A stretch of DNA of 24,000 nucleotides, from the NCBI GenBank assembly GCA_016432525.1, contig CP066693.1, forward strand, positions 689,773 to 713,772. Direction: 5' to 3'. Source of the DNA: Candidatus Woesebacteria bacterium (GTDB lineage: Bacteria; Patescibacteriota; Microgenomatia; UBA8517). This document shows positions 14,097-23,142 of the stretch, one piece after another (position 1 is the stretch's first letter; every line of letters starts with the position of its first letter). Position numbers and translations under genes: made by a program. The notes under the pieces were generated by a model. It did no database searches and was not told the origin of the DNA. It saw nothing but the letters and a program-made list of their open reading frames with translations.

Positions 14097-15525
14097 TTAT
14101 ACCATAAAAAACAAAATCTTCCAACATTATAGGGTTAAACTCACAACCATTTTAATCACCTTTTTCTTTCTTTTCATTCTACCTTCACACTCAAATAACG
14201 TATTTGCCATTTACGATCCTTTAATAGTCCTTAACAATAAATTCGGGATCCATATTATTGATGAAAGTGATCTTGATGACGCCAAAAATCTTGTAAACGA
14301 AAATGGTGATTGGGGCTATGTAACTTTAGTAATTCAAAAAGAAGATAGAAATACAGTAAAGTGGCAAAAGGTTTTTGACAAGTTAAGAGAAGATCACTTA
14401 ATCCCAATTGTTCGCATTGCAACTCGCCCTCAAGGTTCAAATTGGGAAAAGCCAAATCCCGACGAAATCGATGGCTGGGTTTCTTTTCTAAACTCCCTAA
14501 ATTGGGTAATCGAAAACCGTTACGTAATAATTGGAAATGAACCAAATCACGCAAAAGAATGGGGTGGAGAAATAGATCCCGTTTCCTATGCAAATTATTT
14601 AAAAGTTTTCTCTCAAAAACTGAAATCAAGATCAAACGATTTTTTTATTCTTGAGGGAGCACTGGATGCCTCAGCAAAAAATACAAAAGGCACTATGGAT
14701 GAACAGGAGTTTTTAACTAAAATGGTTACATCCGTTCCAGATGTGTTTGAAAATGTTGATGGTTGGGCTTCTCACTCATATCCAAATCCTGATTTTAGCT
14801 CTCCTCCAACAGATGAAGGTAGGGAAAGTCTTAAAACTTACCAATGGGAGCTTGATCTTTTAAAAACTTTAAGTATTAAAAAAGATTTTCCAATTTTCAT
14901 TACTGAAACAGGTTGGTCTCAAAAAAATCTAACTGAAGATAAGATAGGGGAATATTATCAGTACGCATTCTCAAATGTTTGGTCTGATCCAAGGATTGTT
15001 GCAGTCACTCCATTTATCCTAAATTATATTGATGATCCTTTTAAGGATTTTTCCTGGAAAAAACAAGATGGATCATTTTATAAATTCTACGACATAGTCA
15101 AAAATTTCCCAAAAGTTAAAGGGTCACCAACCCAAATAGATAAAGCTCAAATTTTAATAGGGATAATTCCACATGATGAGATAGCTGACAAATTTTTTCC
15201 ATTTACTTTAGCAGTTGTAAATCAAGGTCAAGCAATTTGGGATACCAGAAAGATAAACATAACAGGAAATGGGATAGAGGCAGTTCCAATTAAAGCATCA
15301 GCCCCAGAAACAGTGACCCCAGGTCACATAGCTTTATTTGCAGGTATCGGAAAAGTTCAAAACTTTGCAAAATATATAAATAATTTTCTAAGTATCGAAA
15401 ATAACAAAAAAATTATTTCGAATAAATATTATTTCAATATCTTAAACCCAGAAGTTTCCCCATCCCCATTAAACCAATTTATAAATAATATTATTTGGGT
15501 ACTCACAACACATTTAAAAAATTAA
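14089..15525 (+). CDS. Secreted or membrane-anchored GH-A-like glycoside hydrolase (listed ORF starts at 14017)
   Basis: N-terminal hydrophobic signal (LTTILITFFFLFILPS); acid/base motif IIGNEPNHAKEW and nucleophile motif IFITETGWSQ. Confidence 0.7.
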   Translation: MTNYTIKNKIFQHYRVKLTTILITFFFLFILPSHSNNVFAIYDPLIVLNNKFGIHIIDESDLDDAKNLVNENGDWGYVTLVIQKEDRNTVKWQKVFDKLREDHLIPIVRIATRPQGSNWEKPNPDEIDGWVSFLNSLNWVIENRYVIIGNEPNHAKEWGGEIDPVSYANYLKVFSQKLKSRSNDFFILEGALDASAKNTKGTMDEQEFLTKMVTSVPDVFENVDGWASHSYPNPDFSSPPTDEGRESLKTYQWELDLLKTLSIKKDFPIFITETGWSQKNLTEDKIGEYYQYAFSNVWSDPRIVAVTPFILNYIDDPFKDFSWKKQDGSFYKFYDIVKNFPKVKGSPTQIDKAQILIGIIPHDEIADKFFPFTLAVVNQGQAIWDTRKINITGNGIEAVPIKASAPETVTPGHIALFAGIGKVQNFAKYINNFLSIENNKKIISNKYYFNILNPEVSPSPLNQFINNIIWVLTTHLKN

Positions 15526-15550
15526 ATGTTTGGCTTTCCCCAAAATGTAA

Positions 15551-15793
15551 CTAGTTAACCTTCTGATCTTTTGAATCTTTACTCACTAGGTTCCACGCTG
15601 AACCAATTTGAACAACCATCCATATCCATATACAACTAAAAAAGATTATCACCAAAGATATTACAGTGGCGATCGAAAAAATAGAACCGCTTGGGTAGGG
15701 CATTGGAAAAGTCGTTGTTATTATATGCGTCGCGTAAATGCTAATTAAAACTGAAGCAACAAAGGAACCAATCAAAGAAACTATGACCGACAC
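15551..15793 (-). CDS. Small membrane protein (80 aa)
   Basis: Two or more predicted transmembrane helices (LIGSFVASVLISIYA...VISLVIIFFSCIWIWMVV). Confidence 0.5.
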   Translation of the reverse strand: MSVIVSLIGSFVASVLISIYATHIITTTFPMPYPSGSIFSIATVISLVIIFFSCIWIWMVVQIGSAWNLVSKDSKDQKVN

Positions 15794-15881
15794 AACTTAT
15801 TTATGTGCATGCACAAAATTGTGCCTTAACTATGATATAATATTATCAGAATTTGAAGCTGAAATCAAATTCTAATGCTTG

Positions 15882-15953
15882 GGTCTGTAGCTCAGTGGTA
15901 GAGCAACTCCCTCTTAAGGAGATGGTCATGGGTTCGAATCCCTTCAGACCCAC
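15882..15953 (+). tRNA. tRNA-Lys(CTT)
   Basis: GGGTCTGTAGCTCAGTGGTAGAGCAACTCCCTCTTAAGGAGA...GGGTTCGAATCCCTTCAGACCC. Confidence 0.92.
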
Positions 15954-15956
15954 TAA

Positions 15957-16616
15957 TTATTTCTTAGCAGTACTTAATACTGTATCAACTGCAGCTTTTA
16001 AACTCTGGTAATCAGGAGTTCCTTCAAACTTAACTCCATTTATAAAAAAAGTAGGTGTTGCACTTACCCCCAAAACAATTCCATCTTTTTTATCTTGGTT
16101 AATTCTTTCCTCTCCTTTTTTATCATCAATAAATTTCCTAAATTTGTCGCGATCCATCCTTATTTCATCAGCATATTTTAAGAAAAACTGCATCGGATCA
16201 GAGCTCTCGCTCCATTCAGTCTGCTTTTGATATAAAATTCTATACATCATAAAAAACTTTCCCTCTTGCTCAGCTGATTCAGCAGCCTCAGATGCAATCA
16301 TTGCATTTTTGTGCTGATCAAGAGGAAAATGTCTGAAAATTAGCTTAACTTTTCCATCGTAATCACTTAAAATTTTTTCAACAGCAGGGAATGCATATCC
16401 ACAAGCAGGGCACTGAAAATCCCCAAACTCAACAATAGTTACAGGAGTAGCTGTTTTCGCACTTTCTCTGGCATCTGCTCTTATTAGTATTGACGTATCC
16501 ACCGGTTTTGGAGTAGATACATCTTTTTTTTGCGGCCTTGACACCAAAAATATTCCACCCAAAACTATCAAAACAGTTACAACCCCAACTCCAATAATTA
16601 ATTTAAAATCTTCCAT
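15957..16616 (-). CDS. DsbA-family thiol-disulfide oxidoreductase
   Basis: N-terminal TM, VEFGDFQCPACGYAFP, GVSATPTFFINGVKFEG. Confidence 0.92.
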   Translation of the reverse strand: MEDFKLIIGVGVVTVLIVLGGIFLVSRPQKKDVSTPKPVDTSILIRADARESAKTATPVTIVEFGDFQCPACGYAFPAVEKILSDYDGKVKLIFRHFPLDQHKNAMIASEAAESAEQEGKFFMMYRILYQKQTEWSESSDPMQFFLKYADEIRMDRDKFRKFIDDKKGEERINQDKKDGIVLGVSATPTFFINGVKFEGTPDYQSLKAAVDTVLSTAKK

Positions 16617-17040
16617 TTTTTTTCTTTGTTGATTTTAAATAAAGCTTCATACAAATTGCAATAACCAGAAAGGAACAGAAAGACAAAAAGGGGATTGTCA
16701 CAAAACCAAACCATTCAATAAATCTTGTCGTGCACGAAATCCCAGCAGCACAAGGAGTGTACGCTTCAGGAATTATATTCCAATATAAAAGATTGTGATA
16801 AATTGCAATCAAACCTCCAATTATAGTCAAAGGAAGCACATAGTAAGGGAGATTTTTATCTTTTTTGAGTATTCCTACAGGAATCAAGATTGCAAGTGGG
16901 TACATAAATATTCTTTGATACCAACAAAGAATACATGGGGGAAAGTGGGCAATTTCACTAAAATAAAGGCTTCCCAAGACAGAGACAATTGCAAAAATCC
17001 AAGCAACATAAAGGAAAGTTTTAGGCTTAATTTTGATCAT
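16603..17040 (-). CDS. DsbB/BdbC-family disulfide bond formation protein
   Basis: Four-helix membrane protein with FPPCILCWYQRIFMYPL and CAAGISC. Confidence 0.9.
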   Translation of the reverse strand: MIKIKPKTFLYVAWIFAIVSVLGSLYFSEIAHFPPCILCWYQRIFMYPLAILIPVGILKKDKNLPYYVLPLTIIGGLIAIYHNLLYWNIIPEAYTPCAAGISCTTRFIEWFGFVTIPFLSFCSFLVIAICMKLYLKSTKKKNGRF

Positions 17041-18343
17041 TTAACTTCTTCAGTTTTTTAATGAGGTCAGCAACTGTTATTCTTTCCTGTTTTTTGCTAT
17101 CTCGCTCACGAATTGTCACAGTCTCATCCTCCAAACTTTGATAATCAATTGTCACGCAGTAAGGTGTTCCAATTTCGTCCTGCGCAAAATATCTTTTACC
17201 AATGTTTCCACGATCATCCCAAGCCGTCATGAAATTTGGTTTCAGCTTTTCATAAATCCCGCGCGCTTTTTTAGTTAATTCAGGCTTATTCCCCAGAAGC
17301 GGAAAAACAGCAACTTTATAAGGTGCAATCTTGGGATCCAGTTTTAAATAGATTCTTTCTTTTTCTTCAGTATACGAATCAATTAACAAAAAGAGTAACG
17401 ATCTATCAACTCCGGCCGAAGTTTCAATATCCCAAGGAATAAAACTTTCATTGGTCGCCTGATCTTTGTAACTCATATCCTCTCCTGAATATTCACTATG
17501 GCGTTTCAAATCCCAATCACCTCTGTGATGAATCCCCATAAATTCGCTCCACCCCCACGGAGCTTTATATTCAATATCGGTCGCCATTTTTGCATAATGT
17601 GCTCTTTCGTTATCCTCATGATCCCTAAATCTCAAGTTTTCTTTTTTCATTCCAATAGACAAATACCAATCCATTCTGTTTTTCTTCCAATAGGTAAACC
17701 ACTTTTTCCCTTCAGACTCCTCAGGTTTTATATAAAATTGCACTTCCATCTGCTCAAATTCACGAGAACGGAAAGTAAAATTCCCCGGAGTTATTTCGTT
17801 TCGAAATGCTTTCCCAATTTGTGCAATTCCAAAGGGAATTTTAATCCTCGTCGAATCGACTACATTTTTAAAATTTACATGTACCCCTGCAGTAATCTCA
17901 CCACGAAGATAAACTGGTTTTTTTTGATCTTCAATCACCCCAAGATATGTTTTAACTAAAATATTAAATTGTTTCGGCTGCGTCCACTCGACTTTCTTTC
18001 CTTTGTGACTTTCCTCATGTTCTTTAATACTATCGGGTTTATCAGCACTGAATCGCTCGTGACAAATCTTACATTCAACTAAGGGTTCAGCAAATGATTT
18101 TACATGTCCAGAAGCTTCCCATGTTGTTGGGTTCATCAAAATTGCCGCGTCAACTCCCACAATATCATCACGCAATTGCACCATCTCTTTCCACCACAAA
18201 TCTTTCAAATTCTTTTTAAGAAGTGCGCCTGTTGGCCCATAATCCCAAGTCCCCCCGAGTCCTCCATAAATTTCAGACCCAGGAAATACAAAACCACGTC
18301 TTTTACAAAGTGAAATAACTTTCTGCATCAAATCATCTGCCAT
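17027..18343 (-). CDS. glyS: Glycyl-tRNA synthetase (alpha2 type)
   Basis: RRGFVFPGSEIYGGLGGTWDYGPTGALLKKNLKDLWW, SGHV, class II motifs and anticodon-binding C-terminus. Confidence 0.95.
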   Translation of the reverse strand: MADDLMQKVISLCKRRGFVFPGSEIYGGLGGTWDYGPTGALLKKNLKDLWWKEMVQLRDDIVGVDAAILMNPTTWEASGHVKSFAEPLVECKICHERFSADKPDSIKEHEESHKGKKVEWTQPKQFNILVKTYLGVIEDQKKPVYLRGEITAGVHVNFKNVVDSTRIKIPFGIAQIGKAFRNEITPGNFTFRSREFEQMEVQFYIKPEESEGKKWFTYWKKNRMDWYLSIGMKKENLRFRDHEDNERAHYAKMATDIEYKAPWGWSEFMGIHHRGDWDLKRHSEYSGEDMSYKDQATNESFIPWDIETSAGVDRSLLFLLIDSYTEEKERIYLKLDPKIAPYKVAVFPLLGNKPELTKKARGIYEKLKPNFMTAWDDRGNIGKRYFAQDEIGTPYCVTIDYQSLEDETVTIRERDSKKQERITVADLIKKLKKLNDQN

Positions 18344-18408
18344 GTGCTCATTTTACCACGCTTAACTTGACTTTTCATCCAACATTGTGGCATCCTTTGA
18401 TCTGAAAT

Positions 18409-18978
18409 ATGGGAAATCTTAAGTTCGTGGTATTCTTTATCTTTGCCCCAATAACTATAGCTCTGTCAATCGCCAGTCTCACAAATATCAATAAAAATAT
18501 AGAAAACTATGGTAAAGTTACGGCGAAAACAGGAGTACGCCTCTTTGCCTCCCGTCCTAAATCAGTTCCCACCATAGAAGCCGATCCTATAACGGCCGAC
18601 GCCAGAGAAGAAATTCTAAAGCAATATTTTACAAAATTTGATTCACCCTTATTAAGTTACACTCATTTGATAATCGAAGAAGCAGATAGACTTGGCCTAG
18701 ATTTCCGACTACTGCCAGCAATAGCCCGTCAGGAATCAGGTCTTTGTAAAATAATTCCCGAAAATTCACACAATTGTTGGGGTTGGGGGATTACAAGTGT
18801 GGCAACTTTATATTTTGACTCTTACGACCAGGCCATAAAGGTTGTTTCTCAGGGAATTAAAAATAATTATATAGATGAAGGCCTGACTACCCCTCAACAG
18901 ATTATGGCAAAATACACACCTCAATCAAATGGCTCCTGGGCCAACGGAGTTACTGATTTCATGAAAGATCTACAGTAG
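18409..18978 (+). CDS. Exported lytic transglycosylase/glucosaminidase-like protein
   Basis: N-terminal hydrophobic segment; LDFRLLPAIARQESGLCKIIPENSHNCWGWG. Confidence 0.65.
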   Translation: MGNLKFVVFFIFAPITIALSIASLTNINKNIENYGKVTAKTGVRLFASRPKSVPTIEADPITADAREEILKQYFTKFDSPLLSYTHLIIEEADRLGLDFRLLPAIARQESGLCKIIPENSHNCWGWGITSVATLYFDSYDQAIKVVSQGIKNNYIDEGLTTPQQIMAKYTPQSNGSWANGVTDFMKDLQ

Positions 18979-18983
18979 AAAAA

Positions 18984-19763
18984 ATGTCAAGTGCCTACGA
19001 TAAATACGACTACCAATCTTACTGGAAAGGTCGTGAGTACGAACACGAAAGCGAAGTTTTGGCAATCAAAAGCTTCTTAAAAAAAATCAAAAAAATCAAA
19101 AAAACCTTAGAAATTGGTGGAGGATTTGGCAGAACTACTCCATACTATGCTTACAGAACTAAAAAAATAGTTTTTACTGATCCATCAGCCAAAAACATAA
19201 AAGATGCCAAGTTCCATCTTCTCAAAAAGCATACTCTTCCAGAAAGCAAAATAGAATTTAAACAATCAAGCCTTGAAAATCTAAAAAAAACTTTTAGAAA
19301 GTCAAAATTTGACTTGGTTGTCATGGTTAGAGTAATGCACCATCTACTTTCTCCAGAAAAAGCAGTTGCAACAATTGAAAGTTTGACTGAAGATGGAGGG
19401 TATTTGATTTTAGAATTTGCCAACAAAATTCACTTTAAAGAAGTCTTCAAGAATCTCACTAAAGGTAATTTTAACTTTTTGAGAGACCAAACCCCAATCG
19501 ATAGAAGAAGCCAAAAAAACATTAAAAACAAAACTCTTCCTTTTATAAATTATCACCCTAAAACCATAATGAATCTTCTCAAAAAACATAACTTTAAAAT
19601 CCTGTCCATCTATTCAGTCTCAAATATAAGAAGTCCATTCATCAAAAAGAGGGTGCCTGAAGAATTATTATTAAACCTAGAAAGTACTTTACAATTTCCT
19701 ATGGGTAAAATATTCTTCGGTCCCTCAATCTTCATCCTGGCTCAAAAAGAGGTCAAAAAATAA
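18984..19763 (+). CDS. SAM-dependent methyltransferase (class I, methyltransferase_11-like)
   Basis: LEIGGGFGRTTPYYAYRTKKIVFTDPSAKNI...DLVVMVRVMHHLLSPEKAVATIE. Confidence 0.88.
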   Translation: MSSAYDKYDYQSYWKGREYEHESEVLAIKSFLKKIKKIKKTLEIGGGFGRTTPYYAYRTKKIVFTDPSAKNIKDAKFHLLKKHTLPESKIEFKQSSLENLKKTFRKSKFDLVVMVRVMHHLLSPEKAVATIESLTEDGGYLILEFANKIHFKEVFKNLTKGNFNFLRDQTPIDRRSQKNIKNKTLPFINYHPKTIMNLLKKHNFKILSIYSVSNIRSPFIKKRVPEELLLNLESTLQFPMGKIFFGPSIFILAQKEVKK

Positions 19764-19769
19764 AAATAT

Positions 19770-19798
19770 TTGACAACCCCATAGAGTTATGTTATAGT
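19770..19798 (+). promoter_or_regulatory. Sigma70-like promoter of the putative small RNA
   Basis: TTGACA (19770-19775), 17-bp spacer, TATAGT (19793-19798). Confidence 0.8.
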
Positions 19799-19804
19799 AC
19801 ACAA

Positions 19805-19885
19805 TTACGTTCTGAGGCAACCCCGATTTATCGTGGGAAGCGTTAGAATTCTCTGGAAAAGCCCCGAGTTTTACTCGGGGTTTTT
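19805..19885 (+). ncRNA. Putative ~80-nt structured small RNA
   Basis: Strong promoter upstream, no ORF, nested stem TTCTGA/TTAGAA + GC/GC + CCC.CGA/TCG.GGG, then an intrinsic terminator. Confidence 0.65.
19862..19885 (+). terminator. Intrinsic terminator
   Basis: CCCCGAGT-TTT-ACTCGGGG followed by TTTTT. Confidence 0.93.
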
Positions 19886-19951
19886 CTTTTTCTATAGTAT
19901 AATATACTACATAAAAGATTAACATGTAATCTTAATTTTTTATCTTTCTTT

Positions 19952-20035
19952 GCCGAAGTGTTGAAATTGGCAGACAAGCAGGTTTTAGGAACCTGTGCGA
20001 GCAATCGCGTGTGGGTTCAAGTCCCACCTTCGGCA
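19952..20035 (+). tRNA. tRNA-Leu(TAG)
   Basis: GCCGAAGTGTTGAAATTGG...CAGGTTTTAGGAACCTG...GGGTTCAAGTCCCACCTTCGGC. Confidence 0.93.
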
Positions 20036-20075
20036 CCTAGAAACTTTTGTCTTAAGGTTATATACTTTTATAGAG

Positions 20076-20462
20076 ATGAATATTACACTGCCTTCAAATA
20101 TCCAATTATCATCCTCAAATATACCTATTATTGTAATTGGAGCAGGAGTTTTCCTCCTCTTCGTTATCTTAGCTCAAATGAGTAGAGGATTTATAAGCTG
20201 GTCGCTCTCAGGCGCTGGTGTCGGATTTTTTGGAGGGATTATCGCAACAGTCGCAATTTTAGCTTTGGTTATTTATTTTGGTCGGGGAGCAATAAAGGCA
20301 GTTCTAACTTGGGATAAAGCTCCAGCTCCCATTAAAAATATCAGTAGTGTCCTGGGCGCTAAAACAGAAAAAGTAACTAATGAAACTGTCAAAATTGACT
20401 ACAATTCTCTCCCAAGTGAAGAAAAGGATAACGTTAAGAGTTACATTTGTCCATCCAAATAA
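20076..20462 (+). CDS. Membrane protein (128 aa)
   Basis: In-frame ATG at 20076; the longer ORF from 19995 starts inside tRNA-Leu. Two to three TM segments. Confidence 0.6.
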   Translation: MNITLPSNIQLSSSNIPIIVIGAGVFLLFVILAQMSRGFISWSLSGAGVGFFGGIIATVAILALVIYFGRGAIKAVLTWDKAPAPIKNISSVLGAKTEKVTNETVKIDYNSLPSEEKDNVKSYICPSK

Positions 20463-20481
20463 AAAGTGTTAACCTAAACAA

Positions 20482-20628
20482 ATGAACGCAAAATCCATTA
20501 AAAACTTTAATTATCTTGCCCTAATTTGTGCAACAATTATATTGGCAGGCTTTATCATTATATTCGCAAATAGTGTTCCCAGAGTTGAAAATAGCTTCGC
20601 TAAGAACCAGATACAGCGTTCAAGATGA
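20482..20628 (+). CDS. Tiny membrane protein (48 aa)
   Basis: MNAKSIKNFNYLALICATIILAGFIIIFANSVPRVENSFAKNQIQRSR; stop overlaps the next start as ATGA. Not in the supplied track. Confidence 0.5.
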   Translation: MNAKSIKNFNYLALICATIILAGFIIIFANSVPRVENSFAKNQIQRSR

Positions 20629-20756
20629 AAAAAACTGCGACAATAGTCCATATTTCAAACCAATTTACCAACTACAAACCAATAGAATATTTGTTACTTG
20701 TGCCTTCAATATTATTTACCTTAAGCCTTCTTCTCTTCACTCAACTACTTAAATGA
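20625..20756 (+). CDS. Tiny membrane protein (43 aa)
   Basis: MKKTATIVHISNQFTNYKPIEYLLLVPSILFTLSLLLFTQLLK; ATGA overlaps at both ends. Confidence 0.5.
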   Translation: MKKTATIVHISNQFTNYKPIEYLLLVPSILFTLSLLLFTQLLK

Positions 20757-21208
20757 AAAAGGTATTAATATTCTTCATAATCCTAGTTCTTTTTCTCCTA
20801 GGGCTTAGCTTTTTACTTCCCAAGTCTTCTCTTAAAACAATTAAAGTTAAAGATAAAAATGTTAAAGTAAGTCTTGCTAATACAAACGAACTTCGTACAA
20901 AAGGCTTGGGAGGTGTTAAATCTTTACCACAAGATCAAGGTATGCTTTTTAATTTTGATCAAAAAAATATAATACCTTCTTTTTGGATGAAAGATATGTT
21001 AATTGGCCTTGATATGATTTGGATTAGAGATGGAAAAATTATTCAGATAGACAAAAATATACCAGCTCCAAATCCAACCACCCTCGATTCATCTCTTCCT
21101 CTTTATACTCCAAAAGAAGTGATTGACCACGTTCTTGAAGTAAACGCCAACTGGTCAGACAAAAACAATGTAAAAGTTGGGGATTCAGTCGATTTAGGAA
21201 ACCTCTGA
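20753..21208 (+). CDS. DUF192 family protein, membrane anchored
   Basis: KGLGGVKSLPQDQGMLFNF...PSFWMKDMLIGLDMIWI...VIDHVLEVNANW. Confidence 0.85.
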   Translation: MKKVLIFFIILVLFLLGLSFLLPKSSLKTIKVKDKNVKVSLANTNELRTKGLGGVKSLPQDQGMLFNFDQKNIIPSFWMKDMLIGLDMIWIRDGKIIQIDKNIPAPNPTTLDSSLPLYTPKEVIDHVLEVNANWSDKNNVKVGDSVDLGNL

Positions 21209-22414
21209 GCTCCCAAAAGCAATTCTATCCAAAACGTGCCCTTCTGTCTTCGCCATTCGAGCAGAACATATACTAAATTCGCCATACTTTCTATTTATTA
21301 AATTAAAGGCCGTATTCAATTTCTTCTTTTTAATCTGCTCTTCAAAAACCATAAGCTGGCTCTCGTCATCCGCAACTAATTCAAAACTAGAAACTGCCAC
21401 TTGTTTAACTTTGTCTTTAAAAAAACAATACTCTACAAGCTTCAAGATCTCTCTATACACATCTCGAAAATCATAAAGAGGACAATTAAGTTTTTTTCCT
21501 TTATGCCAAAACTGATGGCTAGAAAATACCAAAGAAACATGGACTCCGGAAATTTTATAACCACTTCTTTGTGCTCTTCCTGTCATCTTTTGAGTTAGTT
21601 TCATAATGATTGGATAAGTTTGAGCAATTTCAAGAGCTTCTGGCAAAACATAAGAATTTCCAAAACTTTTCCTTCTTACAACCAAATTATCAACCTCATA
21701 TCCACGAAGCCTCAAATACCAATATCTTCCAACAATTCCACCAAAAGCTCCTCTCAAATTTTGAATACTGGATTCATAAAACTGACAAACATTATATATA
21801 CCAGCTCTATTAAGCCTTATTTTATTTCTTCTGTTTATTCCACATAAATCAACTAGCTCCAAAGAAGAATAAATCTTCCAGAAATTTTCTTTATTTATCT
21901 CAGACAATCCATCAGGCTTTTTAAGCCCAGCTGCAAGTTTAGCCAAGAATCTACTTACACCAATGCCAATAGATACCGTTACCCACTCACCAATTTCATC
22001 TTTGATATTCCTTTTAATTTGTTCTGAAACTTCACTCATTGAAAGTTCTCTCAAAATTGGAAAGCCAGAAAAGTTCAGAACAAACTCATCAATAGATCTC
22101 GGAGAAAAATCATTGGTATATCTTGAAACTATGCCTCGCAAGAGCTTGTGCACTGTTCTATATTTAGCAGGATCAGGGGGAAGTACAAAAAGATTTGGAT
22201 AAATGCGTCTTGCCTCTCTTACTCTCATTCCAGTTTTAATTCCCAGTTTTTTGGCCTCATGTGAAGAAGCCAAAATACAACCGTAATTTTCTGCGTAAGC
22301 CGCAACAACAGTAGGTTTTCCTCGCAAAAATGGGTTAGCCTGTTGCTCGATTGTTGCAAAACAGGAATTTATATCAATATGCATGATAAACGGCTCATTG
22401 AAGTTAAATTCCAT
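21194..22414 (-). CDS. dinB: Y-family DNA polymerase (DNA polymerase IV-like)
   Basis: IMHIDINSCFATIEQQANPFLRGKPTVV...SIDEFVLNFSG...SIGIGVSRFLAKLAAGLKKPDGL. Confidence 0.92.
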   Translation of the reverse strand: MEFNFNEPFIMHIDINSCFATIEQQANPFLRGKPTVVAAYAENYGCILASSHEAKKLGIKTGMRVREARRIYPNLFVLPPDPAKYRTVHKLLRGIVSRYTNDFSPRSIDEFVLNFSGFPILRELSMSEVSEQIKRNIKDEIGEWVTVSIGIGVSRFLAKLAAGLKKPDGLSEINKENFWKIYSSLELVDLCGINRRNKIRLNRAGIYNVCQFYESSIQNLRGAFGGIVGRYWYLRLRGYEVDNLVVRRKSFGNSYVLPEALEIAQTYPIIMKLTQKMTGRAQRSGYKISGVHVSLVFSSHQFWHKGKKLNCPLYDFRDVYREILKLVEYCFFKDKVKQVAVSSFELVADDESQLMVFEEQIKKKKLNTAFNLINRKYGEFSICSARMAKTEGHVLDRIAFGSSEVS

Positions 22415-22506
22415 TTCCTATTTATATACCCAAAAATAACCCAAAATCAAGAAGGGTATGATATAATACCTCATCGGAAATCTTTCAGCTCTTTGAGGAG
22501 TCAAAT

Positions 22507-22761
22507 ATGTTTGTCCAAACAGGCCGTCTCAAAAGAGAAAACAAAGCATGGGTTGTTCACCCTGACTCGTTTGAGACAATACCCCTAGCATTCGATCCTA
22601 ATCGAAACCGCATGCCAGCAAAAGTGGTTGACGAAAGGCGCATCGTCTTTTATCTTGAGCCTTTTTTCTTCCGACAACTCTCAAAACAAGAGCCACAAAT
22701 CGGTTCCCGAGTAATTTTTGAAAGGACTGGCCCACAAATCACAGCCTGGAATTATTGCTAG
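22507..22761 (+). CDS. Hypothetical protein (84 aa)
   Basis: GAGGAG Shine-Dalgarno upstream of the ATG. Confidence 0.55.
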   Translation: MFVQTGRLKRENKAWVVHPDSFETIPLAFDPNRNRMPAKVVDERRIVFYLEPFFFRQLSKQEPQIGSRVIFERTGPQITAWNYC

Positions 22762-22812
22762 TCCTCATCCGAGGGATATCACATGACAAGTGAAATTCCC
22801 TCGGAAATTTTT

Positions 22813-23067
22813 TTAGTTTACATCACAAACTTCCTCAAGCTTCCAATGAAGGTTTTCAGTATCCAATACTAGTCTTAAAAATAGAGTAGGGGTTGCAACC
22901 GAAAAAACATGATACAGATTCATACCCTTTCTATAAGTATGATGAAGTCCAATTTTAACAATAGGGTGAAGTCTTCCATTCCAAATAACCCCTTTTGGTG
23001 AGACTTTTTTCTTAACACTATCAAAAGAAAAAGAGACTGAAACAGGTTCATTAATTTTGGTTACCAT
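22813..23067 (-). CDS. Hypothetical protein (84 aa)
   Basis: Complete ORF, convergent with 22507-22761; no recognised family. Confidence 0.55.
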   Translation of the reverse strand: MVTKINEPVSVSFSFDSVKKKVSPKGVIWNGRLHPIVKIGLHHTYRKGMNLYHVFSVATPTLFLRLVLDTENLHWKLEEVCDVN

Positions 23068-23142
23068 AAATACAAATTAACCCTTAAAAAACCCGAAGTC
23101 AACTGTATCTTTTAGTAGCTTTTATTTGCTAAACTAAGTCAA

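Noticed and set aside
17498-17959. Plus-strand ORFs 16795-17061, 17498-17959 and 18104-18313
   Set aside because: Antisense to dsbB and glyS; shadow ORFs.
19995-20075. Upstream extension of the 128-aa membrane protein ORF
   Set aside because: Starts within tRNA-Leu(TAG); the in-frame ATG at 20076 is a sensible start.
21401-22202. Plus-strand ORFs antisense to the Y-family polymerase
   Set aside because: Low-complexity shadow ORFs opposite a well-supported gene.
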